From: an uncultured bacterium
GTDB taxonomy: Bacteria; Patescibacteriota; Saccharimonadia; UBA4664; SCTI01
Length of the DNA stretch: 37,879 bases
Assembly: GCA_965364395.1 (NCBI GenBank)
Contig: CBDTXE010000001.1
Location: 1 to 37,879, forward strand
Reading direction: 5' to 3'
Shown here: positions 1 to 8,776 of the stretch, one piece after another
Position numbering within the stretch: the stretch's first letter is position 1
How the letters are laid out: each line of letters starts with the position of its first letter
Program-made: the position numbers and the translations under genes
The notes under the pieces: generated by a model
Told to the model about the DNA's origin: nothing
The model's input: the letters and a program-made list of their open reading frames with translations, nothing else
Databases searched by the model: none

Positions 1-43
1 GCAGCGTAAAGCCCTCTTGCTTCTTGATGATTGACTTGCGCAT
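1..43 (-). CDS. type IV pilin/pseudopilin, N-terminal fragment (gene runs off the window)
   Basis: The reverse strand reads GAGGAGGTGAGCACTCAC-ATG, then MRKSIIKKQEGFTL. This is a strong SD followed by a prepilin leader with the G|FTL cleavage/methylation motif. It lies directly downstream of pilB-pilC. Confidence 0.55.
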   Translation of the reverse strand, partial: MRKSIIKKQEGFTL

Positions 44-68
44 GTGAGTGCTCACCTCCTCAATGTTC

Positions 69-135
69 TATCTGGTTTTTGCGGATAATATAAAGCATAA
101 GCTTTATCTGGTCAAATTGTACAAGATTTATCTGG
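69..135. repeat. three direct copies of TATCTGG (two of them TTTATCTGG) in the pilC-pilin intergenic region
   Basis: Copies are at 69..75, 105..111 and 129..135. One lies in the promoter spacer, one near the predicted TSS and one in the leader. Confidence 0.5.
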
Positions 136-145
136 AACAAGTCAA
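116..145 (-). promoter_or_regulatory. sigma70-like promoter for the downstream pilin gene (TTGACT-N18-TACAAT)
   Basis: On the minus strand the -35 TTGACT is at 140..145 and the -10 TACAAT at 116..121, with an 18 nt spacer. It starts right after the pilC stop. Confidence 0.4.
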
Positions 146-149
146 GGTG

Positions 150-1370
150 TCAGATTGCGTTGCTGAGTGCCGACAACGGTCCAAACACCGAGATGACAAT
201 AAATCCGACCATCGAGCCTAGGACAATGATGAGGATTGGTTCGATGATAGACGTAATGCCGGCGACCACCGAATCGACCTCTTTTTCATAAAAGCTGGCG
301 AGCTTTAATAGGATTTCATCCAGCTGTCCGGTTTCTTCGCCAACGGCTACCATCTGGCTGACGATCGGCGGGAACAGGTTTTGGCGTGACAGGGGCTCCG
401 AGATGCTTTTGCCGGCTTTAACCTCATTGGCAATTTTGTGCAGGCTGTCCTGGAAGACGGTGTTGCCCAGTGCCGTGGCGGTGGAGTTAAGGGCTTCCAG
501 TACCGAGATTCCGGAAGCCATCAAAGAACCAAAAGTACGCGCAAACCGCGCCACATTTACCTTGACGACAATTGGCCCAAATATGGGCATTTTTAGCATC
601 ATACGGTCAAGTACGCGTTTGCCGGTGGGCGTACGGGTGTAGCGCACACCAAGTATCACGGCCGTTGCTATGCCGGCGGCGATGAAAATGCCGTATGATG
701 TCAGGCTGTGGCTGATCAACAGCAGCAACTTTGTGTACCATGGCAACTGTCCGCCAAGACCCTCGAATATGGCCGATAGCTTGGGAACGATTACGGTCAT
801 GAGGAAGACAAACGCGCCAATGGTTACGGCGGTGATGACGCTGGGGTATATCATCGCGCTTTTCACCTTGCCGACAATTTCGGCGTCCTTTTCCTGCTGG
901 GTCGCCAAGCGCTCAAGCACTTGGTCCAGCATGCCGCCGGCCTCACCGGCCTTTACCATGTTGATATAGATGGACGGAAATACGTCAGGATGCTCAGCCA
1001 GGGCAGAGCTGAGAGTTGCTCCGCCTTCTACCCGTTTAGCGGCATCGGCCAGCACCTCGCGCAGGTGCTTGTTGGAGCTCTGTTTCTGAAGGATAGATAA
1101 TGACTGGGTGATCGGGACGCCGGCGTTGATCATGGTGGCAAATTGGCGTGAAAAAACGACTTTCTCGGTCAGTTTCACCTTATTGCCAAATTTTAATAGC
1201 GCAGTCAAACCTGCACCGCCCTGGGTGGGTTTGTTCTGGGTTTTTAGGAGGATTGGATGGAGGCCGCGCTCCATCAGGTTGGCAGCAGCGGTGGTCTGGT
1301 CAATGGCAAACACACTGCCTTTGCGGATAGTTCCGGCCTTGTCGCGGGCGGTATAGGCGTAGGTCGCCAT
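150..1370 (-). CDS. pilC: type IV pilus assembly platform protein PilC (GspF/T2SS F family)
   Basis: 406 aa with two GspF-type repeats and TM segments (e.g. KVKSAMIYPSVI..., GEETGQLDEIL). It sits 1 nt downstream of pilB. Confidence 0.9.
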   Translation of the reverse strand: MATYAYTARDKAGTIRKGSVFAIDQTTAAANLMERGLHPILLKTQNKPTQGGAGLTALLKFGNKVKLTEKVVFSRQFATMINAGVPITQSLSILQKQSSNKHLREVLADAAKRVEGGATLSSALAEHPDVFPSIYINMVKAGEAGGMLDQVLERLATQQEKDAEIVGKVKSAMIYPSVITAVTIGAFVFLMTVIVPKLSAIFEGLGGQLPWYTKLLLLISHSLTSYGIFIAAGIATAVILGVRYTRTPTGKRVLDRMMLKMPIFGPIVVKVNVARFARTFGSLMASGISVLEALNSTATALGNTVFQDSLHKIANEVKAGKSISEPLSRQNLFPPIVSQMVAVGEETGQLDEILLKLASFYEKEVDSVVAGITSIIEPILIIVLGSMVGFIVISVFGPLSALSNAI

Positions 1371-1371
1371 T

Positions 1372-3348
1372 TTATTCCTTGGTCACTCTGAAAATTTCTT
1401 CAATGGTGGTCATGCCACGAAGCGCTTTGATGAAGCCGTCTTGCTGCATGGTGAGCATGCCGTTCTTTACAGCTGCGGTTTGGATTTCCTCACTAGTGGC
1501 ATGGGTAATGATCATCTTCTGCAGTATTGGGTCAACTTCCAGTACTTCGTAGATTCCCATCCGGCCCTGGTATCCATGGCCGGCACATTGGTCGCAGCCA
1601 TCACCGGGGTGGTAGAGCACAAACTCGCCGGACTTTAAACTAGGGGCCTTGGCTTTGGTGTCCACGGCGGGCTCCGGGACATCGTCGGCGCCCGTAGCCT
1701 TGGCATCGCTGGCCGGGCGGTTGAGGATGTTGGGGTCGGCGGCAATTCGGTCCAAGATCGAGTCGCTCGTTTCAATTTTGTGCAGGGGTTCAATGACTTT
1801 TTTGCGGCTGCCGTGGCCAGCGGAGTCTGGCGGCTGCTCGGCTGGTTTGGCGGCCGGTTTTTCGGCCGGCTTCTCAAGCGGTGCCATGCCGGGCATGTTT
1901 TGGAGGTGCTTGACGGCGGCGGCGATATCAAACTCGCTCTTTATATCTTCCATCACTTGGCCTTCCGGCGTATACGCTACGCGACACCTGGAGCACAGCC
2001 GGCGGACTAGGCGCTGCCCAATTACGGTGTTGACGGTGGAAGCAATCAAAAACGGCTCAATATTCATGTCCAGCAGGCGGGGCAGGCAGGTAGCAGCGTT
2101 GTTGGTGTGTAGCGTGGATAAGACGACGTGGCCGGTGAGGGCGGCCTGGACTGCAAGGTCTGCCGTTTCGCCGTCGCGGACCTCCCCAACCATAATGACG
2201 TTAGGGTCCTGCCGCAGCAGAGCCCGCAGACCGCTGGCAAAGGTCATCCCCGCCTTGGGGTTTACCTGCGTTTGATTGACTCCGGAAACGCGGTATTCCA
2301 CCGGGTCTTCAACGGTAGAAATGTTAACTCCCGGGGTATTGAGCATACTGAGGACGCTATAAAGAGTAGTGGACTTTCCTGATCCGGTCGGCCCAGTAAC
2401 CAGCACCATGCCGTGCGGCTTATGGATGCCGCGGACGATGCGCTCAAGGGCGTTGCCCTCAAAACCTAGTTCTTCCAGCGTGAGGGCGCGTACCGATTCG
2501 TCCAGGATACGCATCACCACTTTTTCACCATCCATAATTGGCAACGTCGATACGCGCAGGGCGACGGTTTTTGAGCCGACGGCAAACTTGAAGCGCCCGT
2601 CTTGTGGTACGCGGTGTTCATCAATCTTGAGGTTGGCAAGGATTTTGATGCGGGAAACCACTGCCGCTAGGATAGGCTTGGGCAGGGTCATCATCTCGCG
2701 GAGGATGCCGTCGATACGGAATCTGACCTGAACCAGGTTTTCCCGGGGTTCAATGTGGACGTCGGACGCCCGCGATTTTACGGCGTACTCCAAGACGATG
2801 TTGACCGTCTTGGCGATAGGCGCATCTTCTGCCAAATCCTTGGCGCTGACTTCCTGCTGCTGTTGCTCTTCTTCGTCACTACTGTCTTTGATGGCCTTTG
2901 TAATTTCAGAAGAGATATTTCCCTTGTATTGGTCAAGGACCACCAGGATATCAGCCGGTGAGGCGAGGTATATTTTAATGTCCTGGCCAATCTGCTTGGC
3001 GATAAAATCAGCGGCCTGGAAGTCCTCGGGATCGGCCATGGCGAGCTGCATCGTCGAGCCTTCTTTCCCAAATACGACCGCCTGGTACTTACGGGCGATC
3101 CGTTCCGGTACCTTAATTAGTAGGTCGTGCGGGACTTTGGTTTCCTTTAACTCAACAAATGGCACGTCGATGTTTTCGGCGTACAGCTTTAAAAGCGTGG
3201 TTTCGGAAATTATTTTGCGCTTAATAATGGTTTGGAGAAGCGGCTCGTTGGTCTGCTCGTGCACCGTTTCAGCTTCTTTCAGCTGCTCAGGCTTGACCTT
3301 GTTGCTCGCTAGCAACAGATTTCTTAACTCACCGTCAGATATACGCAT
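1372..3348 (-). CDS. pilB: type IV pilus assembly ATPase PilB (GspE family) with an insertion in the C-terminal zinc module
   Basis: 658 aa. It has Walker A GPTGSGKST, Asp/His boxes (VEDPVE, STLHTN) and Walker B VIMVGEVRD. The tetracysteine pairs are C452xxC455 and C585xxC588. Confidence 0.92.
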   Translation of the reverse strand: MRISDGELRNLLLASNKVKPEQLKEAETVHEQTNEPLLQTIIKRKIISETTLLKLYAENIDVPFVELKETKVPHDLLIKVPERIARKYQAVVFGKEGSTMQLAMADPEDFQAADFIAKQIGQDIKIYLASPADILVVLDQYKGNISSEITKAIKDSSDEEEQQQQEVSAKDLAEDAPIAKTVNIVLEYAVKSRASDVHIEPRENLVQVRFRIDGILREMMTLPKPILAAVVSRIKILANLKIDEHRVPQDGRFKFAVGSKTVALRVSTLPIMDGEKVVMRILDESVRALTLEELGFEGNALERIVRGIHKPHGMVLVTGPTGSGKSTTLYSVLSMLNTPGVNISTVEDPVEYRVSGVNQTQVNPKAGMTFASGLRALLRQDPNVIMVGEVRDGETADLAVQAALTGHVVLSTLHTNNAATCLPRLLDMNIEPFLIASTVNTVIGQRLVRRLCSRCRVAYTPEGQVMEDIKSEFDIAAAVKHLQNMPGMAPLEKPAEKPAAKPAEQPPDSAGHGSRKKVIEPLHKIETSDSILDRIAADPNILNRPASDAKATGADDVPEPAVDTKAKAPSLKSGEFVLYHPGDGCDQCAGHGYQGRMGIYEVLEVDPILQKMIITHATSEEIQTAAVKNGMLTMQQDGFIKALRGMTTIEEIFRVTKE

Positions 3349-3482
3349 CTTGTGCCTATTTTACCATAAGCGCGTTACCAGAAAGCAACCATGTTTGTTA
3401 AGAATTCCTTCATCTTTGATTGGCACAATACGTGTGCTATCCGGCATCACGTGCGGATGACATATAAAAAAGGAGAACAAGT

Positions 3483-4883
3483 ATGAAATTCCTCCGTCTT
3501 GCCTGGCTAATGGTTGTCGTATGCTTCATGGCACTTCCCTGGATGGCCGGTGCCGCCAGTGGCTCCAGCGTGCTTATTGCCGAGGTTATGACCGCCAGTA
3601 CCGCAAGCGCGAGCGAGGAGTTTGTTGAGCTGCACAACCCCGGGGATGAAGCGCTGGAACTTTCCGGCTGGTCCGTGGAATACAAGTCGGCTACGTCCCC
3701 CGACATTCCGTCTAGCTGGACGCGCAAGGCAACCCTGGAGGGGGAAATTCCCCCGCACGGGTTCTATTTGGTCGCCCCACGGGCCCAATACCCCGTCAGC
3801 GATGCCGATTGGACGGCTAGCTTGGCGGCCGCGGGTGGGCATGTGAGGTTACGGGACCGGGATGGGGTGGAAGTTGACAGGGTTGGCTATGGCGCCACGG
3901 CTAACGCGGCGGAAGCCAGCCCGGCAGCCGCGCCGGCGGCGGGACAGAGCTTGGAGCGCCTTCCGGGCAAACAGAAAGAGAGCGGAGGCAATTCCCAGGA
4001 TACCGGCAACAACTCTTCAGACTTTCTCGTGCGACAGGCGCCAATGCCCCAGACCACCCAAAGCGACGCCGAGCCGCCCGTCGACCTTGTCGATGTTGAG
4101 GTTCCAATTGAGGAAGAAGCCGAACCATTGGCCGCAATCCGGCTAACCGAATTACTAATTAATCCAATGGCGCCGCTTTCCGACGACGCCGACGAATACA
4201 TCGAGCTCCATAACCCAAACGAAGTGGAGGTCGCCGTAGGCGGCTACCAGTTGCGCAATGGCGCCGAATTCCAAAAAAGCTATACGTTGCCTGATCAATC
4301 AATTCCCGCCCAGGGCTATCTGTTGCTAAACATCAAGACCACCAAGCTGGCGCTGACTAATACAGAGGGGGCGGTGCGCCTCCATGATGCTATTGGCGCC
4401 TTGATTGACCAAACCGACAATTACCAAGACGCCCCTGACGGACAGGCCTGGGCGCTTGCTGGAGAGACGTGGCAGTGGACTCTGCGGCCGACCCCTGGAC
4501 AGGCCAATGACATAGTGCCACCGCTAGGAGCCAACCTTCTGGCAGCTGCAACCACGGCGATAGCAGCAAAACCCAAGACAGCCAAGGCGGCTGCCAAAAC
4601 GACTGTAAGGGCGGCCACAAAGAAGGTTAGCCAGCCCAAGCAGTCATCTACAAAAAAGACTTCGGCCGCAAAGCCGGCGGCGCCTAAGACGCAGCCAGTG
4701 AAAGCGGTCGCCGCGCAGGTGCGACCAGCCATGTGGTTGATAATAGTGCTAGCAATCCTTACCATTACCTACGCACTTTATGAATTCCGACATGACATAC
4801 GAAACCGTTACCACATCCTCAAGCAGCACATCGGCACTGGGCGAAGCAATCGGCAGGCACCTGAAAGGGGGCGAAATGATTGA
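3483..4883 (+). CDS. secreted, C-terminally membrane-anchored protein with two lamin tail domains (LTD) and a Lys/Ala-rich stalk
   Basis: SD AAAGGAGA lies upstream and the N-terminus is a signal peptide (MKFLRLAWLMVVVCFMALPWMAGAAS). There are two LTD-like units (EFVELHNPGDEALELSGW..., EYIELHNPNEVEVAVGGY...). A KA-rich tract is followed by the TM helix PAMWLIIVLAILTITYALY. Confidence 0.8.
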   Translation: MKFLRLAWLMVVVCFMALPWMAGAASGSSVLIAEVMTASTASASEEFVELHNPGDEALELSGWSVEYKSATSPDIPSSWTRKATLEGEIPPHGFYLVAPRAQYPVSDADWTASLAAAGGHVRLRDRDGVEVDRVGYGATANAAEASPAAAPAAGQSLERLPGKQKESGGNSQDTGNNSSDFLVRQAPMPQTTQSDAEPPVDLVDVEVPIEEEAEPLAAIRLTELLINPMAPLSDDADEYIELHNPNEVEVAVGGYQLRNGAEFQKSYTLPDQSIPAQGYLLLNIKTTKLALTNTEGAVRLHDAIGALIDQTDNYQDAPDGQAWALAGETWQWTLRPTPGQANDIVPPLGANLLAAATTAIAAKPKTAKAAAKTTVRAATKKVSQPKQSSTKKTSAAKPAAPKTQPVKAVAAQVRPAMWLIIVLAILTITYALYEFRHDIRNRYHILKQHIGTGRSNRQAPERGRND

Positions 4884-5253
4884 ATTGCGTGGAGACCTGG
4901 GCGCTGGCAAGACTACCTTTGTGAAGGGTCTTGCTGGAGGACTGGGTATTGCGGAAGAAATAGTCAGCCCCACTTTTACCCTGGAGCGCGCCTATGATGC
5001 CCGCGACGGCTTGGCTTTGCATCATTTTGACCTTTACAGGCTTGACGGTAGCGACCCGGTGACTGCTGAAATGCGTGACATTATTGGCAAAGACGACGTG
5101 GTCATCGTGACTGAGTGGGCGCAGCATGGCGATGGCGGGTTACCAAACGACCGAATCAAGGTTGAGATTGGTTACGGCCAGGGGGAGGATGAGCGGCATG
5201 TGCTCGTAAACGCCCCGGCCGAACGCGCCTATGCGCTGGGGGGACTGACATGA
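4780..5253 (+). CDS. tsaE: tRNA t6A37 biosynthesis ATPase TsaE
   Basis: P-loop GDLGAGKTTFVKGLA, SPTFTL and HFDLYRL motifs at the spacing typical of TsaE. Confidence 0.85.
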   Translation: MNSDMTYETVTTSSSSTSALGEAIGRHLKGGEMIELRGDLGAGKTTFVKGLAGGLGIAEEIVSPTFTLERAYDARDGLALHHFDLYRLDGSDPVTAEMRDIIGKDDVVIVTEWAQHGDGGLPNDRIKVEIGYGQGEDERHVLVNAPAERAYALGGLT

Positions 5254-5648
5254 TCCTTACTATCCGCAGTGACGACGATAACGCATCAGTTGGCCTGTAT
5301 AGTGCTGACGGAAGTGAACTGGCTAAAGATACTTGGGAAGCTGGCCGCGCCCTGTCTTCTACCTTGCTGCCCAAGATCCGCCAACTGCTGAGCAGCCAAA
5401 ATGCCGGCTGGGAGGGAATTACGGGAATAATTGTGTTTTCGGGTCCTGGGTCATTCACTGGCCTGCGTATCGGTGTGACGGTTGCAAATACAATTGCGTA
5501 CGCCCGAAAGGTGTCAATTGTAGGTGCCAGCGGGAGCGATTGGACTGCGCAGGGGGTGGCCCGGCTAGCCAACGGGGAGGACGACACCCAAGTTGTCCCC
5601 CGTTACGGCAGCGACCCTCATATTACGCGGCCTGATCAGCGTCCTTGA
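5250..5648 (+). CDS. tsaB: tRNA t6A37 biosynthesis protein TsaB, short form (N-terminal domain only)
   Basis: The motif GPGSFTGLRIGVTVANTIAYA is present. The start overlaps the tsaE stop as ATGA. It is 132 aa, against roughly 230 aa for typical TsaB. Confidence 0.75.
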   Translation: MILTIRSDDDNASVGLYSADGSELAKDTWEAGRALSSTLLPKIRQLLSSQNAGWEGITGIIVFSGPGSFTGLRIGVTVANTIAYARKVSIVGASGSDWTAQGVARLANGEDDTQVVPRYGSDPHITRPDQRP

Positions 5649-5801
5649 CGGGTATCTGTTGGAAACGGTTTAATAGAGGCACTATCCAATATTTGTTAAA
5701 TGCTGACCAATTACATAGGGACTCCGATACAGTCAGACTTTTTCCTGAACCGCCGCTCGGTGGGCCCGTGATTTTCCGTTAGCCGTTGTGAGGTACACAG
5801 T

Positions 5802-7319
5802 ATGGAAGCAGTTCTCGTTGTTGTAGGACTAGCCGCAGGTGCGGCTGGTGGCTTTGGTGCGAGCGTCCTGAACGCCCGCCGCAAAACTAACACCGCCGAA
5901 GCCAAGGCCCGTGCATTGCTGGACGATGCCAACCGCAAGGCCCAAGAAGTAACATTATCCGCCAAGGAACAGGCCCTCCATGTCGCTGAGGAGGCAAAAA
6001 AAGACGAACGTGAGCGCCGGAAACTACTGAATGAGCTTGAGCAGCGCCTAACGTCGCGCGAGACTAACCTTGACCGCAAGCTTGATGAACTGGACAAGCG
6101 CTCAGAAGCCATGCGCAAGAGTGAATCAAGTTTGGAAGACCTCAAGAACGATCTGCGGACGCTGAGGACAAAGCAGGAAGAAAACTTAGAGAAGATTGCT
6201 AAGTTGAACCGTGACGAGGCTCGCCAGAAACTCATGCAGATGGTGGAAAAGGATACCAAAGCGGACCTGGTGTCATTCATCGGTAAGATGCAGGGTGAAG
6301 CCCAGGAAGAAGCGGAGGAGCGAGCCAAGATCATCTTAGTTACGGCAATGGAGCGGATGGCTTCAGACCAGGCCAGTGAGCGCACCGTTACAACCGTCCC
6401 GCTGCCTAACGATGAACTCAAAGGCCGCGTCATCGGCAAAGAAGGCCGCAATATCCAAGCAATTGAGCGCCTGACCGGTGTGGACGTGCTGGTTGACGAC
6501 ACGCCTGGCGTGATCGTGTTATCAAGCTTTGACCCGGTGCGGCGCCAGATTGCCCGCGTCGCTCTGGAGAAGTTGCTTTCCGACGGCCGGATCCATCCTG
6601 CCCGCATCGAGGAAGCGGTCCAGAAAGCGAAGAACGAAGTTGACAAGATGATTAAGGAAGCTGGGGAGCGGGCGGTCAAGGAGGCAGGCGTTGTTGGTTT
6701 GCACCCGGAATTGGTCAAGCTGCTCGGGCAGTTGCGCTTCCGCACCTCATTTAGTCAAAATGTCCTAAAGCACTCGGTTGAGATGGCTAACTTAGGGGCG
6801 ACGATTGCCAAGGAAGTGGGCGCCGATGTCCGGATCGTAAAGACGGCAGCCTTGCTTCATGACCTCGGCAAGGCCGTGACCCATGAGATTGAGGGCCAGC
6901 ACCACCATATTTCCAGGGACCTGGCGGCCAAGTACGGTTTGGATGAGGCGGTCCAACACGCTATTGAAGCGCACCACGATGACATTGATGCCACGACTCC
7001 TGAGGCGGTGATTATCCGAGTTGTCGACTCGCTCAGCGGCGGGCGTCCGGGAGCCCGTGGCGACACGCTAGAGAACTATGCCAAGCGGATGACCGAGCTG
7101 GAAAACCTGGCCAATACCTTTAGCGGAGTCCAAAAAAGTTTTGCCGTGTCGGCCGGCCGTGAGCTTAGAGTCCTAGTGGTGCCGGAAGAGATTGACGACC
7201 TGTCGGCGATCAAGCTGGCCCGCGACATTGCCACCAAGATTGAGGCCACCTTGAAGTATCCTGGCGTAATCAAGGTCAACGTCATCCGTGAAACGCGGGC
7301 GCTGGAATACGCCAAGTAG
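5802..7319 (+). CDS. rny: ribonuclease Y
   Basis: N-terminal TM helix, a coiled-coil region, a KH domain (GKEGRNIQAIERLTGVDV) and an HD domain (LLHDLGKA...HH). Confidence 0.93.
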   Translation: MEAVLVVVGLAAGAAGGFGASVLNARRKTNTAEAKARALLDDANRKAQEVTLSAKEQALHVAEEAKKDERERRKLLNELEQRLTSRETNLDRKLDELDKRSEAMRKSESSLEDLKNDLRTLRTKQEENLEKIAKLNRDEARQKLMQMVEKDTKADLVSFIGKMQGEAQEEAEERAKIILVTAMERMASDQASERTVTTVPLPNDELKGRVIGKEGRNIQAIERLTGVDVLVDDTPGVIVLSSFDPVRRQIARVALEKLLSDGRIHPARIEEAVQKAKNEVDKMIKEAGERAVKEAGVVGLHPELVKLLGQLRFRTSFSQNVLKHSVEMANLGATIAKEVGADVRIVKTAALLHDLGKAVTHEIEGQHHHISRDLAAKYGLDEAVQHAIEAHHDDIDATTPEAVIIRVVDSLSGGRPGARGDTLENYAKRMTELENLANTFSGVQKSFAVSAGRELRVLVVPEEIDDLSAIKLARDIATKIEATLKYPGVIKVNVIRETRALEYAK

Positions 7320-7320
7320 C

Positions 7321-8112
7321 ATGAACATACTGTACGTAGGCGACGTTACCGGCAAGCTTGGCCGGCGGACCGTCCAGGAGGTGCTGGCAGGGGTAATTAC
7401 CGAGCATGACATAGACTACGTAATTGCCCAAGGCGAGAACACCAGTCATGGAAAAGGCTTGCAGACCAACCACGCCAAGGAGATGGATGAGGCCGGCGTG
7501 CAGTTTTTTACGGGCGGAAACCACTCGCTATCGCGCACGGAGGCGTTGGATCTGCCTAACGTTTTGAGGCCAGCCAACCTGCCGGAAGACACCCCGGGCA
7601 AGGGCTATGCCATAGCCGATACGCCGTTTGGAAAAATATTTGTCGCCAGCCTGCAAGGCAAAATTGTCGGCATGCACGCCGAACGCCAACTCCGCAACCC
7701 ATTGGAGGTGATTGACGCCCTGCTGGACGAGACAAAGGACATACCGGTAGTTGCCCGCATTGTTAACTTCCACGGGGATTATTCCAGTGAAAAGGTTGTC
7801 ATTGGCCAGTATTTGGACGGGCGAGTCAGCGCAGTCATTGGCGACCACTGGCACGTGACGACCGCCGATGCCCAAGTTTTGCCGGGCGGCACCGCCCATA
7901 TCACCGACGTTGGAATGGTTGGGGCATTGGATTCATCCTTAGGAGTTGAGACTGAAATTATTGTCCGGCGGTGGAAGCAGCCGGATGAGCGCATAAAAAA
8001 TGAGATGGAAATGAATGGCCGCAGGCAATTTAACGCCGTGGCGGTCTCGGTTAATCCAGCGACGGCATTGGCCACGGACATCAAATTAGTGCGGGTCGTC
8101 CTTCCTGCATAA
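7321..8112 (+). CDS. YmdB-like (TIGR00282 family) metallophosphoesterase
   Basis: It starts MNILYVGDVTGKLGRR and carries GENTSHGKG and NFHGD motifs. The rny-ymdB pairing is conserved. I chose the ATG at 7321, just after the rny stop, rather than the ORF-track start at 7288. Confidence 0.88.
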   Translation: MNILYVGDVTGKLGRRTVQEVLAGVITEHDIDYVIAQGENTSHGKGLQTNHAKEMDEAGVQFFTGGNHSLSRTEALDLPNVLRPANLPEDTPGKGYAIADTPFGKIFVASLQGKIVGMHAERQLRNPLEVIDALLDETKDIPVVARIVNFHGDYSSEKVVIGQYLDGRVSAVIGDHWHVTTADAQVLPGGTAHITDVGMVGALDSSLGVETEIIVRRWKQPDERIKNEMEMNGRRQFNAVAVSVNPATALATDIKLVRVVLPA

Positions 8113-8222
8113 CAAACATGTGCAGAAGTCCGGAAATAACAGCCTAAAAACCATAGTTTTTTAGCTTGGTAAAGGCACAATCATTTGCTAGACTAAAGTC
8201 CAGTAAGGAGGGTTAGTCTCCA

Positions 8223-8525
8223 ATGACCAAGCAAAAGCTGATAGAGACACTGGCACGGGAAACATCACTGAGCAAGCGCGAGATTGAGGGCGTACTGGTA
8301 AAGCTGACAAACTTGGTGGGGCAGACCATCAAGCGGGGCGAGAAGGTGTCGATAACTGGGTTTGGGACATTTGACCTGGGCAAACGAGCTGCTCGGCGGG
8401 GAGTAAACCCCCAAACCGGCGAGGAAATCCATATCCCGGAGATGCCCATGCCGCGGTTCCGGGCAGGAAAGCGTTTGAAGGAAGTGGTCCGACCGGAATC
8501 AATGCGGAACCTACCAGTCGACTAG
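8223..8525 (+). CDS. hup: HU family DNA-binding protein
   Basis: SD AAGGAGG lies upstream. The motifs GFGTF...RAARRGVNPQTGEEIHIP...RFRAGK are HU/IHF signatures. Confidence 0.92.
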   Translation: MTKQKLIETLARETSLSKREIEGVLVKLTNLVGQTIKRGEKVSITGFGTFDLGKRAARRGVNPQTGEEIHIPEMPMPRFRAGKRLKEVVRPESMRNLPVD

Positions 8526-8776
8526 CTCCAGCGCGCTAGCCGGGGAATGATTTCGTTGGCAAGCGACAAAGCCTCCTTATAGCCCATGTTTTGGGATGTC
8601 ATGTTGTCGACAGAAAGGCCGATCATCTGGTCGAGTGTCATGCGGGGCTTGGTAAAGTTGCCATACTTGAAACAAAAAGTGCAGTAGGCCGGGTTGTCAC
8701 TGCCGTCGGCATTAGTGCCATAGTATCCGGTTGTCACGGGCATGCCGCAGCTTTGGCAGCGCTTCTTACTGTCCAT
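8522..8776 (-). CDS. putative zinc-ribbon domain protein
   Basis: CQSCGMP...YCTFCF matches the 'putative zinc ribbon domain' family pattern. The gene is 84 aa. Confidence 0.7.
   Translation of the reverse strand: MDSKKRCQSCGMPVTTGYYGTNADGSDNPAYCTFCFKYGNFTKPRMTLDQMIGLSVDNMTSQNMGYKEALSLANEIIPRLARWS

Noticed and set aside
5711-6745. 344 aa minus-strand ORF
   Set aside because: It lies entirely antisense to rny. It has Ser/Arg-rich low-complexity composition, no SD and no recognisable motifs, so it is a shadow ORF of a well-supported gene.
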